64,000 nucleotides of DNA from Bacteroidetes bacterium RIFCSPLOWO2_12_FULL_37_12 (lineage in GTDB: Bacteria > Bacteroidota > Bacteroidia > 2-12-FULL-37-12), in assembly GCA_001769655.1 (NCBI GenBank), contig MEPC01000020.1, positions 217,922-281,921 on the forward strand, in the 5' to 3' direction. Positions 19,482 through 28,925 of this stretch are shown here, one piece after another. The notes below the pieces were generated by a model that had not been told where the DNA came from, made no database searches, and saw only the letters and a program-made list of their open reading frames with translations. Made by a program: the position numbers and the translations under genes. Within the stretch, counting starts at the first letter, position 1. Each line of letters opens with the position of its first letter.

Positions 19482-21851
19482 ATGAAAACTATAAATTTTC
19501 ACTTTTGTACCTTTTTACTGATGTTAATGAGCAACTCCTCTTTTTCTCAATGGACATCTTATAATACTTCAAACTCGGGATTAATGGATAATTACTGCTG
19601 GTACATAGCTGCTGACCCTAAGGGTGATATTTGGGTCAGCACACAATATTCAGGTGCGAACAAATTAACAGATTCAACTTGGATCAACTATACCACTTCT
19701 AACTCCAGTATTGGAGGAAATTTTGTTTGTCCTGTAAATTTTGATAAAAAAGGGAATACATGGATTGGATCAAATGGTGGAGGGCTTTCAAAATTTGATG
19801 GTTCAAATTGGACTGTATATAACACTTCTAATTCCGGTTTACCGAGTAATATTGTTTATAGAATTGAATTTGATGCAAGTGGAAATGTTTGGGTAGGGAC
19901 AAAATTGGGCGGCTTGGCAAAATTTAATGATACCGTTTGGACAGTATATAATACAAGTAATTCGGGTATGGTATCAAATGATGTTAATGCTTTAACTTTT
20001 GACAAAAATGGAAATATTTGGGTGGGTACCCGTTTTGGAGGCCTCACTAAATTTGATGGCAATAGTTCATGGACAAATTATAATACCCTTAATTCACCTA
20101 TTCCAAATGATTCTGTATATTTTCTGAAATATATTTACCAAACAGATATATTATGGGTTGGAACTGTAGGAGGATTAGCTACTTTATCAGATAGTACATG
20201 GGCTATATATACTACTACAAATTCAGGACTACCTCATAATTACATAAGGTCAATTGCTTATTCATATAACGGTGAAGCGTGGATTGCTACAGGTGGTGGT
20301 GGAGTGGCACGATTAGTAGATACAACTTGGACCGTCTATAATACGTCAAATTCAAATCTACCAAGCAATATGGTATGGTCTGTTGCTACCGATATACGGG
20401 AAAAAGTTTGGGTAGCTACCTGGGGCGGCGGCATTGCAAGTATAAATCCATTTGGCGATAGCATTACTGTAATTATTACAAGCGCTGTTGACAATCCGGG
20501 TGATACGATTGAACTCCCAGATGTAGGTGTGGTTATTAACTTTGACTCATCCAGCACAGTGCTTTCCGGAGATGATGGGGTTACAGTTACGCAGTATCTG
20601 GATGGACTGGACAGTACCCAACAACAAACTTCAAGTACAGATTCAGTGGCTACTATCTTCAACAATAGCTACTGGAACATTTTTTCATATTTAGATACGT
20701 TTAATGTTACTGTCTGTTTTAGCTTTGATTCCTCACAATTCAACACTGGTTTTCTTCAATACCTGAGCATGGTCTTTCAGGAAATTCAGGGGGATCCCTG
20801 GCAACTCATAACATCTGTTCCTACAGTTACTGATAGCACAATTTGCTTCACTACAAATCATTGGAGCAACTGGGCATTAGCCATTACAAAATCAGATTCC
20901 AAAATGCAGATTGACACAGTATTTTATAACCAAAATGTTACACCCATTATTTATACAAAAGAATTTTCACAATCCGGAATAACCTTCAAAACAAAATTAA
21001 ATGCAGGAGAAACGGATACTATTTTTGTTGCCCGTTATGATATTAATCCGGGTGGAAATGCACCTGCTGAAATTCAAAGCTATCTAAATACATTCTGGGA
21101 AATTAGAAATCAGAAAAAAGATACAACCGCATTATTTATTGATGCCACTGATATAGAAGGATTTCTTCCTGAACAAAAACAAAATTACGTAGTTTTGAAT
21201 CGTGCCGGAGTTTTTGATGATTGGAAAATCCTTCCTACACTCAGAGTAAAGAGAAATTCAAAAGAAGTTTTGTTTGTACAAAAAGATACCTTGTTTGGTC
21301 AATTTCTTATTGGTGTATCCAGCAAAGTTCAACCTTATTTTACAGATAGCATTGTATTTACTCCTGCTTGTGCCGGTGATAGTATTCTATTCTCATCAGT
21401 TATTGATGGTGGCACTCCTCCTTATACTTATTCCTGGACAGGAGACGTGGGATTAAGTGGCACAACTGAAACCTTAGGTTTTGTATATCCCAACATGGGG
21501 CAATACTCAGTTACATTAAAGGTAGAAGATACCTTTGGTGCTGAAACAGAATATATTTCAACGGTGAATATAGGTTGTACCAACCGAATGGTAGATAATG
21601 TTCCCGGAAAAAATCCTGTATTTTTTCCAAATCCAACTGAAAACGGAATCATGTATTTATCTTTTTCTGGACACGGTTCACATAATATAATAATATCTGT
21701 TTGTGACCTTTTTGGAAGGAAAGTTTATAGTCACACAACAAACCTGTTAGAAAATATCAGGATGAATTTGAGCCACCTAAATTCAGGAAGTTATATAGTT
21801 CATGTAAAAACAAAGGATAAAGAGTACAGAGAGATGGTTAGAGTGAAATGA
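19482..21851 (+). CDS. T9SS-secreted protein with N-terminal Reg_prop-like propeller repeats (NTSNSGL…GNxWxGT), a PKD-like region and a type A Por secretion C-terminal domain
   Basis: Signal peptide. At least 6 'YNTSNSG' repeats. C-terminus 'VFFPNPTENGIMYLSF…GSYIVHVKT…' is typical of the T9SS CTD (TIGR04183-like). Confidence 0.75.
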   Translation: MKTINFHFCTFLLMLMSNSSFSQWTSYNTSNSGLMDNYCWYIAADPKGDIWVSTQYSGANKLTDSTWINYTTSNSSIGGNFVCPVNFDKKGNTWIGSNGGGLSKFDGSNWTVYNTSNSGLPSNIVYRIEFDASGNVWVGTKLGGLAKFNDTVWTVYNTSNSGMVSNDVNALTFDKNGNIWVGTRFGGLTKFDGNSSWTNYNTLNSPIPNDSVYFLKYIYQTDILWVGTVGGLATLSDSTWAIYTTTNSGLPHNYIRSIAYSYNGEAWIATGGGGVARLVDTTWTVYNTSNSNLPSNMVWSVATDIREKVWVATWGGGIASINPFGDSITVIITSAVDNPGDTIELPDVGVVINFDSSSTVLSGDDGVTVTQYLDGLDSTQQQTSSTDSVATIFNNSYWNIFSYLDTFNVTVCFSFDSSQFNTGFLQYLSMVFQEIQGDPWQLITSVPTVTDSTICFTTNHWSNWALAITKSDSKMQIDTVFYNQNVTPIIYTKEFSQSGITFKTKLNAGETDTIFVARYDINPGGNAPAEIQSYLNTFWEIRNQKKDTTALFIDATDIEGFLPEQKQNYVVLNRAGVFDDWKILPTLRVKRNSKEVLFVQKDTLFGQFLIGVSSKVQPYFTDSIVFTPACAGDSILFSSVIDGGTPPYTYSWTGDVGLSGTTETLGFVYPNMGQYSVTLKVEDTFGAETEYISTVNIGCTNRMVDNVPGKNPVFFPNPTENGIMYLSFSGHGSHNIIISVCDLFGRKVYSHTTNLLENIRMNLSHLNSGSYIVHVKTKDKEYREMVRVK

Positions 21852-21885
21852 TTGGTTTTAAACCATTTCAAAATATCGGATTGGA

Positions 21886-22659
21886 TTATTTATAATAAAA
21901 ACTTCCTAACTGGAAATAGCGCAATATTTCGTTTATTAGCACCAGTATCTTACGGATAAAAATGCGCACTGTATTATTTACTCCTTTGCCGGAAGGAGTT
22001 AACTCAAAACTTACTTTACCTATTTTTTCACGTATAGGAGTTTCTCTTTTTCTTTTTTCAATAATCACGATACTGTCATAATAATGAATTGAGTTAGCCG
22101 TTCGCGTGAAATTATTTACCTTAAATCTTTTTTGTTCGGAATGGAAAGCATGCAAATAGTCAATAAAATTTTTACTATACTCTATAAAGGTCCCCCTTCT
22201 TTTAAGACCCCCTCCGTACATGAGCCAATAGGAAGAATGTAAATCTTCACAAACATATACTCCTTCCTCTTTTACATGTTCAAATAATACTTCATACGTG
22301 GCAATTTGTTGTGTCATTTTGTGTCCTCCGTCATCAATAAGAATATCAATTGGGGGAATTTTATTTTTTAATTCTTTCAAAAAATTCCGGTCCGACTGCG
22401 AGCCGATGAATATTTTTATATTTTCCTCTTCCAGTTTTTTACAATTAGGATCTATATCCACACCGTAAATTTTTGCCTTATCGCCAAAATAGTTTTTCCA
22501 CATTTGCAAACTCCCTCCCTGTGAGACACCAATTTCCAGTATGACAATTTCTTTATTTCTGAACCGGCTGAAATGGCGGTCATACACTTCAAAGTAATGA
22601 AGCCATTTAAAAATGAGGCGGTCTTTGTTTTCTATAAAATATTTTTCCAGGTCATTCAT
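21886..22659 (-). CDS. Class I SAM-dependent O-methyltransferase (CmcI / macrocin-O-MT-like, 'cephalosporin hydroxylase' family)
   Basis: 'ILEIGVSQGGSLQMWKNYFGDKAKIYGVDID' and 'IDILIDDGGH'. Confidence 0.65.
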   Translation of the reverse strand: MNDLEKYFIENKDRLIFKWLHYFEVYDRHFSRFRNKEIVILEIGVSQGGSLQMWKNYFGDKAKIYGVDIDPNCKKLEEENIKIFIGSQSDRNFLKELKNKIPPIDILIDDGGHKMTQQIATYEVLFEHVKEEGVYVCEDLHSSYWLMYGGGLKRRGTFIEYSKNFIDYLHAFHSEQKRFKVNNFTRTANSIHYYDSIVIIEKRKRETPIREKIGKVSFELTPSGKGVNNTVRIFIRKILVLINEILRYFQLGSFYYK

Positions 22660-22673
22660 AACGATTCGTGAGG

Positions 22674-24182
22674 TTAAGGGTAAGTTTTTCGGGATATAAT
22701 GTTCAGGTTTTCGGGAATTAATTTTGAAAAAAAAACACCAACAATATAAAGCAATAATACGGAACTATTTCTGTATATCAGGTCCAAAAACACAGAATCC
22801 AATACCGGTAGCACAAAATTCAGCATTAATGCACAACTAAAAAACAAGACCAAAATCAAGTAATGATAATTATAGGGTTGAAATTTAAAGATTCTATAAA
22901 TAACGAGGCACTTGGAAACATTGAAAAGAAAAGCAGAAATACCTGTTGCAAAAGCCGCCCCTAAAATTTCCATATTCGGAATTAACCAAAAGTTTAAAAG
23001 AAAGGTGGTAACGATTAACAGGAGAAGAAGAAATATTCCATATAAATATTTTTTCGAAAAATATATAATAGAACTATTGGTACCGGTACTCATATTAATC
23101 AGGGAACTGCTGGCAATAATTATAGTTACCCAATACCCGTTGCGATATTCAGCAGGCAAAAACGAAAGCCCATTCTGGAGATTTACTATTAATAAAAGAA
23201 ACAAAAAGCCGCCAACCACTGTGAGGTATCTTACGGAATCCTTATAGATTTTATCCACCGTATTCAAATCGTTTTTAGCCAAAGCGTCTGAAATTCTCCC
23301 GTCAGTAATCCGGTTCAGCACGTTTGAAGGTATTTCAATGAGGGTGCCTATTAGTACGGCGATGCTGTAAACCGCTACTTTATCTAATGACACAAAACCG
23401 CCCAGCAAGGCTACATCTACATTTTTTAATCCTATGGATGCAATTCCTGCAAATCCGAACATGGAAGTAAATAAAAACGTTTGCCGGTTTAAATAGGGCT
23501 TTAAAAAATTCCACTGAGGGAACACAGTTATCCTGTCATTTTTATAAATAAACACGGTTAGTATTATAAATTGCAATCCATAGATCAAGACATACCCGGC
23601 GATAAAGGAATGGATAGTAATCAATTTGAGAAAATACAAAGAAAGAAGTATTGTAAATGCGAGCCGGTTGAACAGTTCATTAAGGAAGGAAGGAAAATTT
23701 GGTTTAAAAAGGGCGAAACAATATGCAGTCAGCACGGCAATAAATCCCATGAATAATCCCATGGGGAGCACGTAGTTAAAATATTCGGTAAATAGGAATG
23801 ATTTCTCTGTATATTTTTCAATAATGATATCTTTGAAAAAATAACCGACTGTAGAGAAAAGAATATAAAGAAGTGCGGTGGCACCGGTAATAATCCAAAA
23901 AAATCCATGGTGACCTTTTTCAGGGTTTCGGAAATAGGGAAAATATTTTAGGGTAAAGGAAGAAATACCCACAGGGAAAATAGAAGAAAAAAGCAGGGAA
24001 ACGGAGTATAAAATTCTTACCAGCCCTACTTCTTCGGGGGTAAGGAGATAGGGCTGTAAAACCAGAAGATTTACAAAGCCGACTAAAATTCCTGAGTACG
24101 CTATAAGCGTATTGGTAATGCCTTGACGTTGGATGATGCCCATGGGGGGGAGAAGAAGGGCAAACATAGCGAAAAAAATCAT
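22674..24182 (-). CDS. Polysaccharide biosynthesis protein / Wzx-like flippase (MOP superfamily)
   Basis: 502 aa with about 12–14 TM helices and a 'polysaccharide biosynthesis protein' architecture. Confidence 0.6.
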   Translation of the reverse strand: MIFFAMFALLLPPMGIIQRQGITNTLIAYSGILVGFVNLLVLQPYLLTPEEVGLVRILYSVSLLFSSIFPVGISSFTLKYFPYFRNPEKGHHGFFWIITGATALLYILFSTVGYFFKDIIIEKYTEKSFLFTEYFNYVLPMGLFMGFIAVLTAYCFALFKPNFPSFLNELFNRLAFTILLSLYFLKLITIHSFIAGYVLIYGLQFIILTVFIYKNDRITVFPQWNFLKPYLNRQTFLFTSMFGFAGIASIGLKNVDVALLGGFVSLDKVAVYSIAVLIGTLIEIPSNVLNRITDGRISDALAKNDLNTVDKIYKDSVRYLTVVGGFLFLLLIVNLQNGLSFLPAEYRNGYWVTIIIASSSLINMSTGTNSSIIYFSKKYLYGIFLLLLLIVTTFLLNFWLIPNMEILGAAFATGISAFLFNVSKCLVIYRIFKFQPYNYHYLILVLFFSCALMLNFVLPVLDSVFLDLIYRNSSVLLLYIVGVFFSKLIPENLNIISRKTYP

Positions 24183-24462
24183 TTTAATTGTATATCCAAA
24201 ATATTTGACTTACCTTTACAATTGCAAAAATTAAATTTGTTTTCTAAATTAAATTATTACTTTCAATACAAAAATTAAATTTTCACTCAAGAATGAGGGA
24301 ACTATTTGCATCACCTTTACCTACCACACACTTCATCTTGAGGATAAAATGTAAAACATATCCACCACTTTTTGTAACTCCACAAGTGTGATAAATGAAT
24401 TGATTTAAATACTCATGCACTCTTAATTACACAATTAATGACGCATATATATTATATCAAAA

Positions 24463-25371
24463 ATGAAAAATGTTAGTGTAATATTAACGACTTTTAATGG
24501 AGAAAAAACCGTTGAGAAAACGATAGATTCAATTTTAAATCAAAATGGCATTAATAAAGAATTTACGATTGAATTAATTGCAATAGACGATTGCTCAAGC
24601 GATAGCACTATGTCAATTTTAAAAAGAAAGAACTGTGTGGTTTATAACATGGAACGGAATACGGGCGGTCCTAATAAAGGGAGAAATATAGGAATTAAAA
24701 AAGCTACGGGAGATTATATTTGTATCGCAGACCAGGATGATGTATGGGAAAAACACAAACTAAGAGCTTTATTACCCCATTTGGAAACAGTTAGCATCGT
24801 TACATCCGGATACACTTTATCAGATAAAAATCAAAAAAAAAATATATATAGATTTCAACGAAATGGAAATGGATTCATTTATTTTAATAAAAATGAAACC
24901 TTTAGAAAAAAGCTTGCAAAATCAACAAACGAACAGAATACATATTTAGGAAGTATAATTTACCGGAAGGAATTAAATGAAATACTATTTGAAGAACACT
25001 ATGGGGTCGTTGATTTTGACTGGGTTTTGCGTTTGTTTCACAATCAAACATCCATTGAGGTTTGTGATTCTCTTTACATAAGAAATGTTGATGAAAACAA
25101 TTTATCTTTAAATGAAGATTACCGGAAAAAGGATTTTTACTATTCCTTAATAGCATTGAAAGATTATGAAGAAGCTTATCCTAAAGAAGTAGCTCAAGGT
25201 TATCGGAAAATACATGGAAGCATGGCGCGGTACTACTATTTGATTGGAAATATGAAACAAGCAAGGTTTTATTTTTTAAGATCCGACTGGAATCTGAAAA
25301 CGCTTTTATACTACATCACAACATTTGTTGGTTCAGATTTTGTCAAAAAAAAGTTTAAAATTTTTGGATAA
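24463..25371 (+). CDS. Family 2 glycosyltransferase
   Basis: 'VSVILTTFNGEKTVEKTIDSILNQ', 'DDCSSDST', and 'DQDDVW' DxD-like motif. Confidence 0.8.
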   Translation: MKNVSVILTTFNGEKTVEKTIDSILNQNGINKEFTIELIAIDDCSSDSTMSILKRKNCVVYNMERNTGGPNKGRNIGIKKATGDYICIADQDDVWEKHKLRALLPHLETVSIVTSGYTLSDKNQKKNIYRFQRNGNGFIYFNKNETFRKKLAKSTNEQNTYLGSIIYRKELNEILFEEHYGVVDFDWVLRLFHNQTSIEVCDSLYIRNVDENNLSLNEDYRKKDFYYSLIALKDYEEAYPKEVAQGYRKIHGSMARYYYLIGNMKQARFYFLRSDWNLKTLLYYITTFVGSDFVKKKFKIFG

Positions 25372-25372
25372 A

Positions 25373-26140
25373 ATGAGCAAACGGTTAAAGCAATTAAAAC
25401 AATCAATTAATTTCTACAGGCAAGAATTTTGGTCTGTTTTGAGAAAGTTAAAATTATTTATAATAACTCAACCGGAAAAAGTTAACCATCTCAAGGTTAA
25501 GATCAGATGTAGAAAAAAATGGTATGGGAGTAATTATGGCGGTTTTTATCTGAATCCTGACAAAATAAATGAGAATTCTATAGTATATTCTTTTGGAATA
25601 GGTAAGGACATAACTTTTGATAAAAGAATAATGAAGAAACATGGATGTAAGGTGTTTGCGTTTGATCCTACACCAAAATCAATTGAATATGTTGATGATA
25701 GCAAACCAAGTTCATTATTTAATTTTTTTAGATACGGCATTGGAACAACCACAAAAATTGAAAAATTTTATTTGCCGAAAAATAAACATGGTGTCTCCGG
25801 AAGTATGGAAATAAATGAATCATTGGATGAAAATTGTTTCGTTGAAGTCCCAATGAGAACAATCAAAGATATTACAAGTGAATTTGGGCATAGTAAAATA
25901 GATGTACTTAAAATGGATATCGAAGGTTCCGAATATGTTGTTTTGGAATCAATACTTAAATCAGGAATAAACATTGGGCAAATTTTAGTCGAGTTTCACG
26001 ACAGGTTAGTTAATTCAGGCGAATACCGATCTAAAAATATTGTTAATCTACTAAGTGAAAAAGGGTTTAATATTTTTGGCATATCTGCTAGTTACGAAGA
26101 GGTTTCATTCATCAATAATTCTATTGCACAGGGTAATTAA
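25373..26140 (+). CDS. FkbM-family methyltransferase. The start ATG at 25373 immediately follows the GT2 stop; the ORF is listed from 25325.
   Basis: FkbM-like core 'VFAFDPTPKSIEY…LKMDIEGSEYVVLESIL'. Confidence 0.65.
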   Translation: MSKRLKQLKQSINFYRQEFWSVLRKLKLFIITQPEKVNHLKVKIRCRKKWYGSNYGGFYLNPDKINENSIVYSFGIGKDITFDKRIMKKHGCKVFAFDPTPKSIEYVDDSKPSSLFNFFRYGIGTTTKIEKFYLPKNKHGVSGSMEINESLDENCFVEVPMRTIKDITSEFGHSKIDVLKMDIEGSEYVVLESILKSGINIGQILVEFHDRLVNSGEYRSKNIVNLLSEKGFNIFGISASYEEVSFINNSIAQGN

Positions 26141-26170
26141 TAAAACTAAGTTCAATTAAAAAAAGTTTTT

Positions 26171-28849
26171 TCATTTTTTTTCACCCAGGTACTTACTAAA
26201 TATTTTTTCTAATGGTAATAGAATTATAGCAAGAATTAAATTCATGAACACTTTAAAAATAGGAATTCCACCGCCAATATTGTCAAAATAGGGTTCCAGC
26301 AAAGTTTTTGTAAATTCAAAAACGACAAATATGCTTATGAAAATTAATACGGTTTTATATTTTTTATGTGATGAAGAACTATGGCCAATAATAAAAGACA
26401 CGCTTAGCAATGAAAGAAATAATAATAATTCAGACGAATAAAACCACCACGTTTCCCAAAAAGGAGGTTTTATCCTAAAATTAAACATTACAGCTTTTTC
26501 GTTCCAAATCCCATCATTATTACAAGCCCTTACATTAAATTGATATCTGCCTGGTTTCAAATTAGAATAGGTGGTTTTATTTTCAGAAGTAATGGGTGAC
26601 CAGTCCTGGTCAGAACCATCCAATTTAAATTGATATAAAACCTTTTCAGGAATACATAAACTTACACCAATAAATTCAAAAGTCAAATGATTTTTTTCAA
26701 TGGGAAATTCAAACTTTTGAGAATTATTTTCCTTTCCTGCCAAATATTTTCTTAAATCTACATTTTGGAAATGCAATTTAACACTATTTAAACTAATTAC
26801 CGGTTCTACCTGGTTTTTCTTATCATATTCCCTATCATAAACCGTAACCCCTTTGGAAGTTCCAAACCATATTTTTCCATCATGATCCTTAAATACAGCA
26901 TTGGGTTTACATTCTATACCAAAAAATCCTTCAGCAAGTCCAAAAGAAGTAAATTCTATTTTATTATTCTTAATAAATAGTGGATAATTAAATTTAATTA
27001 TCCCTTTAACAGTCCCAATCCATAAATTACTGTCATTATCAAAAAGCAGTGAATTAATATTCAGATTTCCTAAACCATCTTTGCTGCTGAATAATTTATT
27101 ATTAACAGTTTCTATTTTACTCTTATTATTAGGAATCATTAACAGACCGTGACCATACACCCCTGCCCAGATATTCCTACGACCATCTTCAATCAATGCA
27201 TAAACAACATTATTGTGAAAATTCTGTCCTAATCTAATATTTACGGGCGTATATTTTTTAGAAAAAGTATCATATTTCATACATGCAATTCCGAAATTTG
27301 AGCCAATCCATATATTCTTGTTCTTGTCTTCGAAGGTAGAATATTGTCTATTAAATACACCGAATTTATTATAATTAAGAATTGAATCAACACGATTAAA
27401 TGGAGGTGCACTTTTATCAAAAATAATCCTACTTAACCCATTTGAAGTAGAACACCATATATCATTCCGTTTACTTATAAGAATGTTTAATATTTTATTA
27501 CTGGACAGTTCAAGGTTTTGAGTTATATTCGGTTTAGAAATAATGTCTTTACCAGATTGATATACTATTTGTAATCCGGCTCCATAAGTAGCAAAAAACA
27601 ATTTATTAGATGAATCTTTTTCAATATCGTAAATAACATTATTAGTTATATTTGGAATTTTTATATATTGAAAAGATATTGAGTCATTTGGGTGCTCCCG
27701 GTTATTTAATATGTAAACACCTTTTTCTGTACCAAGAATAACCCTTGATAGATGATCTTCGTTGATGCATTGAACTTGTTCATCTTTCAAGCCATTTTTT
27801 TTGGAATAATTAATAAATGTAAAACCACTGAATTTATTTAATCCTCCTCCGAAAGAACCAAACCATAAATTTCCTTCCCTGTCTTTTATACCCGCCCAAA
27901 AACTTGTGGCTGAAAGTCCATTGACAGGTAGAAAGTGCAACAATTTTGAAAATGAGTTAGCGCCGTCTTTTTCGATATCATTAAAAAAAACCCCATTATT
28001 AGTAGCAAACCAAAGGTTGTTCCTTTCGTCTTCCATAGTAACCCGTATTTTGGATTTAGACAGAGCTTTGGGTTGAAAGATGGTAGCGCTAAATTTATTC
28101 CCAGTTTCAAAACGCACGGAGGAAAACCTGTAAACGCCATCATCGGTACTTACCCAAATATTTTTTTTACTGTCTTCAAAAATGTTCCAAATTGTACCTC
28201 GGTTATTTCTATTATTAAAATCTGATGCCCGGTAGAGATTTTGAAGATGGAAGATTTCTAGCTCACCATTAAAATGGCCAATCCAAATATTTGAGTCAGA
28301 ATCGGCATGCAAAGAAAAAACTTTCTCTGACAATAATCCCTTCGCCTTTGTCATACACTGAAATGAATTTTCTTTAGATGGATTATAAATCCATATTGCC
28401 TCATGAGGTCCCGCTGTTCCAAACCATATTTCGTGATTAATATTTTCAATAATAGATGTTATCCGGTTCGGTACAATTGCCCACTTCGAGCTGATATTAT
28501 GAAAACTTGTTTTTTCATTTATGAAACCAATTCTTTTTTGACAAATCCCTTTACCAGTGCCAAGCCATAATTGATTATTACTATCTTCAAAAATTGAATA
28601 AATGATATTAGAACTTAGCCCATCTGAGGTAGTAAAATTTTCAAAAACATTGCCATCATATCGGGTCAATCCACCGGCAGTACCTATCCACAGATAACCA
28701 GAATTGTCCTGGCAAATTGCATACACTTCTGAGTGCGGCAATCCTTCCTCAATAGAAATCGTTTTAAATTGATAGGTTTGGGAAAATGAATGAGTTGCGT
28801 AAAACAGAAAGCCAACAATAGAAGGAAAAAAACATTTCATTTTTTTCAA
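26171..28849 (-). CDS. Periplasmic Reg_prop + Y_Y_Y protein ending in the conserved 3-TM module (paralog of 16261 and 31052)
   Basis: Signal peptide, propeller repeats, 'LYQFKLDGSDQDWSP…TTYSNLKPGRYQFNVRA', C-terminus 'WETWWFY…FEFTKTLLEPYFDNIGGGIPIFKV…LPLEK'. Confidence 0.8.
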   Translation of the reverse strand: MKKMKCFFPSIVGFLFYATHSFSQTYQFKTISIEEGLPHSEVYAICQDNSGYLWIGTAGGLTRYDGNVFENFTTSDGLSSNIIYSIFEDSNNQLWLGTGKGICQKRIGFINEKTSFHNISSKWAIVPNRITSIIENINHEIWFGTAGPHEAIWIYNPSKENSFQCMTKAKGLLSEKVFSLHADSDSNIWIGHFNGELEIFHLQNLYRASDFNNRNNRGTIWNIFEDSKKNIWVSTDDGVYRFSSVRFETGNKFSATIFQPKALSKSKIRVTMEDERNNLWFATNNGVFFNDIEKDGANSFSKLLHFLPVNGLSATSFWAGIKDREGNLWFGSFGGGLNKFSGFTFINYSKKNGLKDEQVQCINEDHLSRVILGTEKGVYILNNREHPNDSISFQYIKIPNITNNVIYDIEKDSSNKLFFATYGAGLQIVYQSGKDIISKPNITQNLELSSNKILNILISKRNDIWCSTSNGLSRIIFDKSAPPFNRVDSILNYNKFGVFNRQYSTFEDKNKNIWIGSNFGIACMKYDTFSKKYTPVNIRLGQNFHNNVVYALIEDGRRNIWAGVYGHGLLMIPNNKSKIETVNNKLFSSKDGLGNLNINSLLFDNDSNLWIGTVKGIIKFNYPLFIKNNKIEFTSFGLAEGFFGIECKPNAVFKDHDGKIWFGTSKGVTVYDREYDKKNQVEPVISLNSVKLHFQNVDLRKYLAGKENNSQKFEFPIEKNHLTFEFIGVSLCIPEKVLYQFKLDGSDQDWSPITSENKTTYSNLKPGRYQFNVRACNNDGIWNEKAVMFNFRIKPPFWETWWFYSSELLLFLSLLSVSFIIGHSSSSHKKYKTVLIFISIFVVFEFTKTLLEPYFDNIGGGIPIFKVFMNLILAIILLPLEKIFSKYLGEKK

Positions 28850-28925
28850 ATTAATGGGAATATTATTTTCTTTTTAAATATATAATGTCCAAATTTAGTA
28901 ATTTTGCGGGAAACAAAAATCTATC

